Below, piece by piece: positions 35,440 to 48,743 of a DNA stretch of 64,000 nt. Under the pieces are notes generated by a model. That model was given only the letters and a program-made list of their open reading frames with translations, did no database searches and was not told the DNA's origin. Every line of letters begins with the position of its first letter. Within the stretch, counting starts at the first letter, position 1. The stretch comes from Orbicella franksi (lineage: Eukaryota): assembly GCA_964199315.1 (NCBI GenBank), contig OZ116699.1:33542001-33606000 (forward strand), written 5' to 3'. A program made the translations under genes and the position numbers.

Positions 35440-38184
35440 TCACTTCAGTAGTGCCAGACCAAACGCAGAGCACGCGGCCATCAAAATCACACTGAAGGAG
35501 AGTGCGGAGCTGGCGTTGCATTCGTCGGAGTCACAACAGCCGACTTCACATTCACCAGACTTTTCACATACTTCCTGGGCTAATTTACAGGCTTCCTTAG
35601 TTGAACAGCTGCTGACAACTGCTGTATTACCATCAACTTCAGCCTTCGACTTCATACACGAGTCGTTATCATCGCCACATGTTTTCAGGCGTTCATCTTT
35701 ATGATCCGCTAGTTTCTCTTTTGAGCAGTCATCTTCTGACCCGTTGCATTCCCAGCACTTGAGGCCATAACCTACCATGAAAATGTTTTACATAGAGAAA
35801 TGAGTTAATTCCTAGGGCAATTTGTGTTGCTCTGGCTTGAAAGTTTTTGTTTTCTATCCCCCCACTCAGAAGCTACAATTAAGCCCGTTGCTATAAACCA
35901 CTTGACGAACTTATTAAAAATCCCATTTTTGCAACATTCTGGCCGCTCGACAGTGGAATTACCCGAAGTAGCATACGACATGAGCCAAGAGTCACGTGCA
36001 CCTTAGTCCACTCGACCATCGTTTTAACAAAATGCCCTGCCACAAAAGAGCTTTCTGTTTCTCTGCTGATATCAGTTTAAGACGTTTAAAGAAGGGAAAA
36101 CGCGTCGAAGCTAAGACATCGAGATCCCACACTGCGCAAACTATTTTTCCTTACGCTGACACTATTGAAGCTGTTTTTAATTGACCTTTCGTGCATTTCA
36201 CCGGACAATAAGTGATGTTAACCTTAATTGGTGTTTTTTATTTTTTTATTCATTTGTTTTATTTTAATTTTCTTCTTTTTTTTGAAGCGTAAACAGCATG
36301 CTATCGATTCATTAGATCACCCCGTTAGCGCCTTGAAATTCACCTGCGCGTGTTTCTTTATTATGCTTCATAATCATCTTTCCTCTTTTGCGGTTTGTTA
36401 TCTTAATGAGCCTGAACGCTTTCATGTTCTAACCATCACTTGAAAAGAATTGCTTTGTTTTCCATGAACGAATCAGAGCTTTTTTGCAGAACTGACGTTG
36501 CCTGCTGTACAAAAATGAATTTCGTTTCTTCATCTGACTGCAGTTATTCGGAGTGCTGTCCATTGGAAAGCGTAGTTTTCTTTTTTTTCTTTTTCTTTTT
36601 TTTTTTTTGTCAACACGTATCTCCTTAATGGTGATTCCTTCAGTGGATAGCGTTATTTATCCTTTGAAAACTGGGCCCTAAATCAAACAAAGATGCAACC
36701 ATGCATGTTTCACTACCAACTGGGGGTCAATCGTGTCAAAGTATGTTGTTTCAACTTCAAACGGAGAAGAACAAAAGTTGAAAATCTTTAATAATTTAAA
36801 TTGACTAAGATGCACAACAGCAACAGTTGGATTACTGACAATATAGAATAGGAATTTGGCTTTTTTTTTTAGCTTTCGCCCCAGCTGAGAGCTCAGCACC
36901 AGAAAATTTTTTATTTTAAATATTTTGGTTTCTAAAACTGTGAGGTTAATTTTTTGCAAAGTGTCGTGCACGTTAGTGTTTGTGTGTTGTAGTTAAGGAG
37001 CTCCATGGATACGCCAAGACATACCTTAGCTTGCGCGGACACGGTGTATTTCGTTTGACTATTTCAGGTTCACGTAAGTAAGTTTTCGCCTTACAAATGT
37101 ATTCCATCTATTTAGGAAAAAGGTAGAAAAGGCTGTTTCCCAGCTAAAAACCGAAAAAATTTAAACTTCGTTTGTCCCATTGTAATCTCGCTACAAATGA
37201 AACATGAATTCCTTCATCATTCGCAACTCATGCATAAAAGTGCGAAAATTGGACCAAATTTAAACACAATGAACTGGTGGTAACTGAAGATGAGAATTAT
37301 TTTCTTCCAAAACGTTATAGATTACAAGCAAACATTCTCGCGAAATGATAAATAGTCTTCAGTCCTACAAATGCTTTCCATCTCTGTAACTGAGGACAGC
37401 TGGTGCGGACGCTTACAGAAACTAAAGTGCTGAAACTGCCACCATTTCGTTGCAACCGAAACATGAATGCCTTCAAATGTTTCCTCGATCCGGCCATACA
37501 AAAAGTTGTGCAAGTGTAGCAAAAGAGGAGTCAATTCAACTCAAAAAAAAACACAGCCGTGTGAGAGAAGAAAATGTGCTTTTTTTGGCCAAAATTATAA
37601 TTGAACTGAAAGTATAAGCATTCAGGACAGTAATTGTTTTTCTAGGTGTAGATCTTCCCGTTTCAAAAGGGAAACTGCCAAACGTAGCTTTTTAAGAATC
37701 ATTAATTTTAAAACTATTCAGCGCTGTTTCGTGGAAAGGGTGGAAAATAATGTTTTTTAAAGTGTGATGAAATTGAACGGCAAACGAAAAGGTTTTAAGC
37801 TAGCATACAGTCAAAAGTGGCTAAATTAAAGCATGCAAATAACATGAAAACTGATAGCTTCAACACAATGCTTCAACTTTACGCCTCAAATCAAGGGTTG
37901 AGGGCAACTTGACGAGTCTAATTAGTAACTTTGGTACTGGGTTATTTACAGCTTTGGCTTTCTCGTATCCTTTGCAACACCTAACGCCACTATGCATGTG
38001 TGAAACTGTTGAATACTGGGATAAATAGCTGGCGAAATAGTCGACCACCTTTCTCACCAGCACCTATTTGGTGAAAGAAACTTTTGCTAGTTGAATTCGC
38101 CCTCGAAAATTAACATGAGCACATTGAAATAAACTTACCACTGGCGATAACAGACAAGAAAACCAACAGCAGAAGATATTTCAT
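35440..38184 (-). CDS. LU-5: acidic GPI-anchored three-finger protein, 125 aa (exons 38184-38139, 35771-35440)
   Basis: MKYLLLLVFLSVIAS|GYG-LKCWEC...SSCSTKEAC...GCCDSDECN plus hydrophobic tail. Phase-1 G|GTAAGT donor. 12 Cys. Confidence 0.92.
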
Positions 38185-38189
38185 TTTGT

Positions 38190-38281
38190 TTTCTTCTTCT
38201 CCTTCTTAATTCTTCTTCTTCTTCTTCTTCTTCTTAATTCTTCTTCTTCTTCTTCTTCTTCTTCTTCTTCTTCTTCTTCTT
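38190..38281. repeat. (CTT)n/(GAA)n trinucleotide microsatellite immediately upstream of the LU-5 ATG
   Basis: About 30 units with TAA interruptions, ending about 5 nt before the ATG at 38184. Confidence 0.92.
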
Positions 38282-41200
38282 GTTATCTCTACGATAGCGA
38301 AGAAAAACCCGATTATTTTTTCCAGCCCCGTGATTGATATACAACGCCTGTATTGCAGCCTTCAACCAATGTGATTCAAGAAAATCATCAGGCATACAGT
38401 CAATTGGTTTCTTTTTCTTTGTCAGAGAAAACAATCGAGTTGAAGATTGGGCCGCAAAGCAAAACATTGGGAATTGAACCACTTTCACAATGAGAAAGTC
38501 AACAAAAAAAAAAACTATGAGAAGGTTTTCTGAATGCAAAGTAATTACATCGCTTGATACCACGCTGGCGTTGTGAATGATCGATTTTAATTTATAACGA
38601 ACAACAACTTTGTGGGACAGGTGATGGTCTTGCAAAGCATTTAACGGTGTAATGAACTAAAATGAAGACGGTTGGTTAAACATTGTTTTCATATCGATAG
38701 TTCATTTCTAACAATACTTTTAAGTCGACGTCCGAAATGTGAGCCGGCTGGGAGGCTAAGAAAAAGAATCCCAAATAATAAATAATATATACATATTTGT
38801 TCATCGCAATTACCCCCCTATTGCTACTTGACGAAATGTTTGCATGATCCAAGCTGATTAAAAAAGACGCAGGTGCCTGACCGGTGACTAAACGATGCTC
38901 GGTCCCAGACAGATACTTTGTAAAGATTGGTCTGGGACAACAGGCGGTTTTAATCGTCTTAAGCTTGGATTCAGTCTCTTTGTTGCCTTGCTCAGTAATT
39001 TTCCATGTTAGTTCATTTTCACAACGCACATTAATTTTTGATGTTGTTACTCACGGCAACCGTAAGATGGTAAGTATCGAATCCAAAACTTATTTTTAAT
39101 AAAGTACGATTCATTGTCATCGTTTAACAAATTGTACTTACTTGGACAATGAAACCAGAACATAGAGTCAGTTTTGAATTAGTTTAAAGTGGAATTGGAT
39201 GATATTTCTGTTTCAAGCTTTTTTTATATATCAACTATTCGTAAACAAGAACTCGTTTTTGAAGATCAAATTGAGATGCCTCATTAAGAGTTCAAAACAA
39301 AACAAGTCAAATTGATCTAACTGTAAAAATGATGGACTCAAGAGAATACTGTGCCAAATATTGAAAATTAAACACTCGAGAGTCCGAGAGCACTTTTCAA
39401 AAAACAAATGCCTTCTTCTTTTTACACAGCTTTGAGATTTGAGATGCTGGCAGGATTCGAACTCATTGTAAACAAAGCAAAGCTGATCGAAGATCAGATT
39501 GCTCCACTTGACTCTTTTTGCTCGTCTCAGTTAACGGTCAGTGGCTGGTCTCCTGCCGCCAAACGAAATGTTCCCATGATATCGTCAAATACAATGAAAG
39601 GGAAACAGGTAACAAAGACCATGTCTGGGCTGAGTCCCAGAGATTACTTTGCCATTATTGAAAAGGGCTGGGGCAACAGACGTTAACTAACAAACTTTTT
39701 GTCTGAAAATCTCCGTCTCCCGTGTTAATTTTCCTGTGCCTCTTTAGTTTCAAAGCTCTTAGGCAATTACGGTATGAAAACCTTAATAAGAAGTATGTCG
39801 TTTACGTAACTTTTTGAGACTTTTCAATCAAGTCATGGTACCTACTACAACAAATCAAACTCACCAAAAGGCCACAATGTAAATACTTAGCTTATCAAAC
39901 CACTTTGTCCACTTTGTACCTTAATTTTACTGAAGAGATATTCTCGTCGACGTAGTGAAGATAGGGGTGTCCATGACCGTTTTGGTTTGAAAGTTGTTGT
40001 TTGCCTTGTAAAAGTATAAAGTTTTGTCTCAGTTTTCTTTAAAAAAAAAATACCGAAGGAATTGAAAATTAACCCTGTGAAGTTAGTGTTTTCATGAATT
40101 AAAATTCGGCTTGTATTTGCACTTTCTTCTATTTTTTTTTCCGAACTCAACTTTTTACAACTGAGTAACGCATTGTTGTTCAGTTTCAAGTCATTGAAGT
40201 TTCTCCGCACATCATGGGGTAAACGAAAGTAATTTGCTGGTGTCATTTGAAGAATGCTTGTAAAGTTCGACAGATTACCAGAACAGTCACCAATTCAAAG
40301 ACAGAAAAATAATAGAGGAAATATCGATATCGAGAAAGTTTTGGGCAAACATCTTTAAATTCCTATTTCAGATGCATAAATAATTTTTGGTTCAATTTTC
40401 CGCGATTTTGATTTGTTTTGGAAGGTATATTCTCAGATTAGGTGATATTACTGAGTATTGAAAATGAATCTAAGTTTTAATAATAGAAAGGAATAATTCT
40501 TGGTAGATTCAACCTGCCGTAAATCAAGCTGAAAACAAAACGCATATGAAGACTCTCAAGGCGCGTGTAAGTGAATTTCCAATTACAAACGTAGCTGGAG
40601 TCTTGTGAAAGGTACTCTGAGACTCATGAATTATTATTTTATTCCAACAATGCCGTGTTCTTACAAGTGAAGATCAAGGTAAGAGAGTTAATGCCCTATA
40701 TAGGCCTTATACCCAAGGTAATCCCTCTAAAGTTATTTTTAGACATGGTACCAAGTTCGTCCGCGGATGTTCCTCACGCCTTGCGTGGATGTCTTTGTGG
40801 AGGAGACGTGAAAGATGCACTAAAAATGGCGGAGTGTGCGTCCTCAAAACTAAAATCTCCAAAATCGTTTGAAGTTTTCAAATACAACAATCAAAGCGCA
40901 GAAAAAAACAGCTAAATTCATTTTGAGGAGGTAGCCGGCTCTGGCGCGCGCGATCGAAAACGCATACATTTGAAAGCGCTGTTCAGAGTTAGCAGTAGAG
41001 ACCGTTCGCAAACGGAGCCCTATCGCATTAGCCAATCAAGAGTGAGAATTTGTTCATCTTGCCCGTTTGCAGAGCTAATCATGTGACAAAGGAGGGAATT
41101 CTAGTTTTTTCAGCTTGAATTTTTGCCAAAAGTTATGATATAAGTTGTGTACATTGCAAAAAACACATCGGAAAAAAAGGAAATGTGTAATTTGATGCTG

Positions 41201-42496
41201 GCTAAAATTGCGCTCAAATTTTAATTTACGAACCAAATGATCTACCTACCTAGCTCGGCAAGCCCCTTTAAAATCCCTACCGTAGACAAAACCAAGACGG
41301 AGTTTCGTAATTAAAGACATGTCAATAATTCATAGAAAAATATTGTCTTCATTGATCGCTTGGGAAGAATAGTTTAGAATGACAAAGCTTTAAACCCACA
41401 AGTGTGAAATTAGGGAACATTCTATATTTCCCACTTCACATTTATTTTATTACTTTGAATGTTTACTATTCAGTTTTCGTGCCTATCGACTTTGTGGCTT
41501 AAAATTTTAATTGTTATTTAATAGAAATCAGGAAATGTTCACAGTATGGAGAAGTCACGTTATGTCATAGGACAAAACTTAACCACGGTGTATCAAAACA
41601 TGTCGGTCAGCAGTTATAAACAGTCTTGAAGGTTTGCAGGACTTTGCATGACCCCACATCACATGTACATAGAATTCTGTCCAGTAAATACCAGTCAACT
41701 TAAACTATTTTTAAATTGTTATCCTTAAACATCAACATGCTTGATACCGGTACTCGGCAAGCCATAACAAAGCGTTGAACTCATTTGCACTTGCCGGCCA
41801 TGGCTCAGTAATTGTTTTTACTTAATTTTATTTTACTTAATGCAAAAGAGGAATGCGAGGGAACCTGTGAGTTTTCTTCCAATGGACGAACCGGAGGTGG
41901 CTATCAACTCAGTGTTAACCCAAAAGTGTCCGGAAAAAAATTGACTAATTTTCGTGGCATCAATTCGACTTCGTGACTGAAAATTTTGTTATTTAGTGTA
42001 ACAGAAATTACGAAAACCAATATATAATAAGGTGACGTCAACTAAGAAGATTAAATGGTCACAACCTAGAATCGTGTCTCAGTAAATTCACGACTTCCAA
42101 TATTCAGTTCTGGGAATTGTTTTCCTACAATAAAAACAAGCTAATACCGGTATTCGGCAAGCCTTAACAAAGTGTTTACTAACGAAGGTCTGGTTATAAT
42201 GAGTCGAGATTAATGGCACAGAGTTTAACTCAATGTCCGTTCCCATGGGCTGTTAGCTGCTGTTTTTAGCCTCGGCATTGAAGAACGCGAGAAAAGCAGA
42301 GAGCTCAGTTCTCTTCTGATTCTTTTTACGCCTTCATCAATCGAGGAATAATACCCGAAACAGAGGGCTGTGACTGTTTTCCCTTGCCACCCTTCCCTGG
42401 GTAAAGGCGCTTGCCGTATTTTGCATAGACATGCAAATTATTTGCCACCGCTTACCACAACGGCGACAGAAGCGGACGACATAGGTGCCTCAAAAT

Positions 42497-45230
42497 ATGA
42501 AGCGCTTTTTTGTCCTTTGGTGTCTAGTTATTATACCGGAATTTGGTGAGTACGTCTACGAAATGACCGAATTTTCTTTCAGAGTTTCTTCCAGAATCCG
42601 TAGTACCGTGTACCGTAATATTGCAGTTGATCAAATTGTCAGAAATTACGATCTTGTAGTACAGCTGATTTATTTTTATTGTTTTCATGTCTCGCTTGTG
42701 TGTGTTTAGTTGTTTCAAACCATGTCAGTCTTGTAGTCTTGGCTGTAAATCGTGGTTCTGAGTTCAGACATATTAACTTCATATATTTCTTTATTCCCTC
42801 AGTCGGTGAAAATACGGATTCAACCGAGCACAGACACAACATACGCTGCTTATTCAAATCTCTGTTTTGTTTGTACACATGTATTTAATACCGGTGTTTT
42901 TTAAAAAACGCCGCCGTTTATCGCTAGCACACTTCGTTTTGCATTTGATCTTGCTCTTTCGGGCTAGACAAAGATCAATGAAAGACCAAAATCAAATGAT
43001 TGCCCCGTTACAATGCACCAAGAACAGGTCCCTATAAAGTCAAAAGAAACTTTTGCCTAAGGGTTAGATGAGTCAGTCCAGCCTTTATTTTCTGCAGAAA
43101 AGGAAGACCTTTCATAACTTTGAAACGCTCTCAAAATCTGTCAAAAATGGACAGGAGGGCGTCCACACCACTGGAGGTTGGTTTTATTTGCGCAAACACA
43201 TTAAGATGCAGAAGTAGCGCCTCTCTGGTTAATTTACGTGTTATGGTGGGAAAACTTCCTACCAACATTTGTGCGCCTGCGAATGATGCTTAACTAATCT
43301 ACTTTAATTTAGTTAACCTTTGCGCTGGTGAAAACCAGCCTTGAGAAACCAACAAAACCTAAAAGCAATTGTCATTATTAATTTTAAATGCTGCATTTAC
43401 ATTTGTGCATTAGAGTGGCGACGAAAAGTGACTGGAGAGTATAATTTGCCGTGTAGTCCGTTTTTCTAGCGTGAGTAGTTGAATGTTTTGTTACGAGTGC
43501 ATGGGTTCGTAGTGTCGGGCCAAAGTCACGCGATCGCGGTGCGCATTAAGATTAAAACATCCATGTTCGTTCGCCGTAAATATTTTGCATTTTAAAAACA
43601 ATATTCAAGCGGATGTTTTCAAAACTTGAAGAAAACCTTTAAGCTATGATTATACATTTATAAGTGTAAAAATGTGCGAATCGTTTTAAATATGAACGGT
43701 TGCTAGGGCAATTAATTCAGTGGTATATTTTGCACTTTTAAGAAGGGCGATTGATCTCACCTGTCAGGCGATGACACTTCATTGCATCCGTGAAGCAATA
43801 CACTGCTCGCATGATGCTGCAATTTTTGAAATATCTTTGAAAAAGTTGTTTGAAATGTCCTCAAACATCGCCATAGCGAGTATAAAATTTTAATAGCTAT
43901 GTTCGCTTGTTGAATTCTTTCAGATGTCGACTTTCGAACATTCCAGCTGTGACTCAACATGACATACGCTCGCTCTAAGTACCTGCAATTTTAAACAAAT
44001 CGTGTCTGAAACCTGAAAACTGACAAAGGGCCAAGTTTTTACCGGCAACCTGGCAGCTGGCACTTTTATTTAGCCCTTCGTTAGAATATACCTCAACAGC
44101 TACAAAGCTTAGAAAAACTCTCAGAATCACTAAAGTTGCAGAACGCTTTGCCTCAATTCAAATTGCTTAAATTCTTCTTCTACTAACAAACAGCAGCGTT
44201 GGTTACTTTGTAACCTACATAATATTAACACATGATCGATAGCCAAATATGTTATCTCGCTCAAGCCACTTCCGTAACAGAAAGGCTCGAGACTTTTTTA
44301 AACTTTATTTCGTGTCAGTTCCCACGTTATACGTTTTTTAAGATATTTAAAAATACGTGTTCTTAAAAAAACTACATGTATCCTGAAAAGTTAGCATCAA
44401 TGATCCGTGTTAATCTAATTGCCGCATGGTCAAAGTCTGACTTTTTTTTATTCTACTCTTGGCCGTACGTCACTTTACCGTCACGTTTCATCTTTCCGAA
44501 AAATTAAAAGTGCAGAATAATTACCACCTGGGTGACTTACTGACGCAAAGCATTTATTTAGATGAACTGAACTGCAGAAATACTCCGTTTTGGGTGAGTA
44601 AGGTGTCCCTGAAAAGAGCTGGAACGACCGTGAAAATTTCAAGAGGGGTTGAGGGGAGGATTTTGCCAGCTTCGCGCTTCGCGCGTTAGATGCAGTCATC
44701 ACATCTTATGACAACCTCCGATATAGAGCGTATTCATTTGGCATCAGAATTCCGGAATATTGATACTACAAAGCTCCTTTTACTATGTAGTCTATACATA
44801 AGCTTTGGCGTTCATAAAGTGATGTAAAATTGTCAATCAAAGCTTGGTAAAGTAGACAAAGGACGTAGTTCAACTGAAAATGGCGGACGCATACTTTCAG
44901 TGTTTTCAGTTGAAGTTAAAGAAAACTGCAATGCTGAAATTTTGGCAATTTATTTCTTTTTCCCTATCGTAAAATCTATGAGTATTAATCATGAATTTCG
45001 CGCAAGTTAAGGAGAATGACTCTGGGTAGGACTCGAACCGGTGGAGTTAGAGTCTAGTAACATGCTACAGCCACTTGTTATTTTGGTCAAAACAGTCTGG
45101 AGGGCAGAGGTTTAACTCATTAATTTAATCAATTTAGTTTGGCTAATTCTTAATTCATATTGATCAGTTGAGAATTAGTAAAACTTGCAAATTTCAGCTG
45201 AGAAATGATGCGGGGCTTTTATTTATTAAT

Positions 45231-45261
<31 letters not shown>

Positions 45262-46718
45262 TATACTTATTTCTTTTTCTTTTTTGACTAATGGTTGAGA
45301 CTGAAGGGCTGAAACTTCATCTAATAGCGAAAAATTCGCCACAACTTTAAATTAAAAACTGAATTAAAACACTCCTATCCAGAACCTCTTTTCGACTGCG
45401 TCGTATCAGGATATTCAGGGATCGACTGGACAGTTGATGTTCGTTCCGGCGTGGGTGGTGAATTTGTGTTGAATAGACTTATGCAGAATAGCTAATTTTG
45501 TGTCCAAGTGTAAGCGTGATCGTGAGCAATTTCCCAAAGTAGTGCGACGATGAAAGGAACACCCACATAAAAACTGTGTGAGGATGGCAGAAGTTTGAGA
45601 AGAATTTCATCTCAAGGAGAATTGGAGCATAACTCCCATAAACATGGGAGGCAGCGTGGCCGAGTGGTTTAGGGCACTGGATTTGAAATCTGGAGGTCCT
45701 TGCTTCAAATCCTCCACCCTACCGCTATCTGGATTTGTTCACGGCAGCCCCGAGTTCAACTCCTCGACCGCGCTGTGTAAATAAACAACTGGTCAGCCTC
45801 CCACCAGTTGGGATTCTTAATAATTTGCGTTCTCTTTGCAATATTTGTTTGTTTAGTTACAGTGTCCTCAATTAGCACAACAGTGCCAATATTATTATTT
45901 TTTATCATTATTTTTATTATTATTTAGCTTCTTACGTAATCATACATAATGCCTGCTTGTTTAGTGCACGAACAATGGTCAAGTCTGCATTGCGTCAAGT
46001 GGTCCATACAGTCGGAGCTTACCCCGGTTTCCGTGGCATGAAGCGACTAGGAGTATTTCTACTCCCCCTGGATAGGATGCTAGTCAATAGCAGAGTTGTG
46101 CCCCTGCATTACAATCACCGATACCCAATTATACACCATTAGAGAGAGCCACTGTGAGAGCCAAGTGTCTCGCTCAAGACTGAATACAGTGCAGTGCCCC
46201 CGGCCAGGGCTCAAAACCCGCGAATTCGGGGCGCTAACAATTACATCCCCGCATTTTCCGCCCCCACACGAGTCAGTAAGGACTTCCATAAAATGCCCAG
46301 ACGTCACCACATAGAGTCTACCATTCTCTTAACACTAAGATTTTATCCTTTTTTCTCCCTTTCAGTGTGGTCTCTAGAGTGTTACCACTGTGTAGGCCCT
46401 GTTTCGAAATGTCAATCTGGCGGTGACAAATTAAAACTTCTGGAGTGTACTCCGACAAATGATCGATGCTATCACACAAAAGTCACGAAAATTGAAGCGG
46501 AAGACGAGTTGGATCAAGGCTGTACGAATGAAGAAGGCTGTGGTATAAAAACGAGAGCCTGCTCAAACAGCGGTGATTGCAAAGCTACTTGCTGCGAGAA
46601 AGATCAGTGCAACAGTGGAGTCAGCGCCAGCGGTATCGGAAACAGCGCATGGGCACGGATTTGTCTGCTCGTTGCTATTATCTTTGGAATTCGACTCCTG
46701 GTGCCAGGGAATTTGTAA
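42497..46718 (+). CDS. LU-6: GPI-anchored three-finger protein, 133 aa (exons 42497-42545, 46366-46718)
   Basis: MKRFFVLWCLVIIPEF|VWS-LECYHC...QGCTNEEGC...TCCEKDQCN plus hydrophobic tail. G|GTGAGT donor and polypyrimidine TTCAG acceptor. 12 Cys. Confidence 0.92.
45646..45885 (+). mobile_element. tRNA-derived SINE (second family) in the LU-6 intron
   Basis: GGCAGCGTGGCCGAGTGGTTTAGGGC head, TTCAAATCC B-box, non-tRNA body and AT-rich tail. Body fragment in reverse at ~27252-27288. Confidence 0.7.
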
Positions 46719-48743
46719 CAAAAGTATTTCAAGGTGGAAGCAGAAAATATCAGTTAGCATAACACTAGACATTCTACACGATGTTGACTGGGTGTAGAGA
46801 CTAAATTTGGATATGCAGTGTTTAACTTACACGTTCACAGATGCCTTTTACAGCACTGTTCCTAAGTCATCAGACAAAAAAATGTGTCTATAATCTAAGT
46901 ATAGTATACATTACGAAAAGGTAAAATTAAGAGGTATACTAATCACGGCAGGATTTCGAGTCAGATCCCGAGTTAGGATTTCGAGGAAGGTCTATTTTAT
47001 TTTTTATTTTGTTTATGTGAGGGAGTTGAAATGTGTAGCCATGCTTCCATGATATTCATGCAATTTTAAAACTATTCAGTGGTAAATGTATATAGCATTG
47101 CCAAAGCAAGCTAACTGTATGCAAAAAAATCACACTGATATAGCTGACCGGTTTTTCGTTTGGGAATCCTGACTCGAGATCCCGACTTGAAATCACTCCA
47201 ACTCGAAATCCTGACTCCGAGAATAAATTAATATCCTAAGAATCGATCAGAACTAACAAAAGGTTATATTATAACGTTTAACTTCAAAGCATTAAACTGA
47301 CAGCGCAGCTGCAATCAACCCACAACAGAGACCGTCTGATTATCGAAACTCTGATTACCATTAATCGACAATATCTAAAATAGAAAAATTAATTTGAAGT
47401 TGGTAAAGGTAAATGAACTGCAGCCGATTTTTTTTTCGACTCGCGCTTCGCGTTCGTGTATCGCGTTTCGCGCTCTGCCGCAAAACCAGCCGCCATAGCA
47501 AGTTTGTGAAACTCGAAACGGCAGTAAATTTATCTTTATCAACTTAAAGCTAAAAAAAATAACCGTTTCATAAAAAAAGAAATATTAATTTTGCTCGGCC
47601 ATAGAAACACCTGTGTATTTATACACTGTCGTTTACTTTTTTACATGTAATAATTTGAATCTTAAAATTAGTCTTTTAAGAAAATCGTTCACGCCAAAAC
47701 AATGAGGACTTCATACCGACGTAGGTTGTAAGTTAATGTAATCTAACGGCTGGAATAAAACTTTGGCTGTATTAAAAATGTAATGAGAAACGTGTGTACA
47801 TTTTGACTCTCTTACCTGGAGTAATAGTTTTTTTAAACAATTTTTTAACAATTTTCTAAATCACTAGACTAGGAAGTTGTAACTGATTTGTTTTGTTCGC
47901 CGACGCGTTTCGTCTAATTATCGTAGACCCCAAAACGTTTCAAGCTGAGTCAAGGTATTTTGAGTTATTTTGGCCAGGTCGGCTGAATTACCCTTGAATA
48001 GAAGGTAACCAGAAAATATTAGTTCACTAAGATAGAAAAACACCAAAGAGATGATGATGACAATAATAATAATAATAATAATAATAATAGAATATTAGAA
48101 TATTTTACAGATTCCCCTGTTACCTCATGAAAATCCAGGAGGTCCCATCAGGGGGTCTGAGTATCCATATCCCATCAATTTTTTCCCTAAATATTCCGTA
48201 CCATCAATTCCAGTTTTAAAAATCGACAACTCTCCTACTCGATAAAAGCGTGAGGAAACTTCTTAAGCCCTGACCGATCTCCTTCCTTACGTTATTATTT
48301 CATCGGCTTCAAGTATCAACGAATTCTTACAACTTATTTTAAAACAAAGGTATTTAAATCGCTAAGGAAAGTTGACAATTTTAGCTTTTAATTTAGAAAC
48401 AAACGAAAAATTCTAGATTTCAGTATCCACATTCTTGTCAACATATGCCGGGCCTGGTGTAAGTGTTATTATTGGTCATTAACGTTTCTCACTTGCCATA
48501 GGATTGTTTTAACAGCAACGCATTGGAGGACGGCAGCTGTGAAATAAAGAACGAAAACGATTTTTAACGACCCCCTATCGAGGTTCTTGTCCAGAGTTTC
48601 GTTCAGTCGATGCACCTGTTGGAAGTGGAAATCTCTTCTAGAATTTTCATTGTAAACAACTCGTCGAGACCATCAGAGGAACACATTCAACACGTCTGGT
48701 TTCATTTGACTGTGTTGTGAGAACGGGGATTTCACAGACAAGT

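Noticed and set aside
36440-36628. Cys-rich ORF (ACCTK...CSYSECCPLES) resembling an LU fragment
   Set aside because: No CxxC start, no CCxxxxCN end and no usable splice context; lies antisense in the LU-5 intron.
45646-45730. tRNA-Ser(TGA)-like cloverleaf
   Set aside because: The acceptor stem does not close and the sequence continues into a SINE body, so this is a SINE head rather than a tRNA gene.
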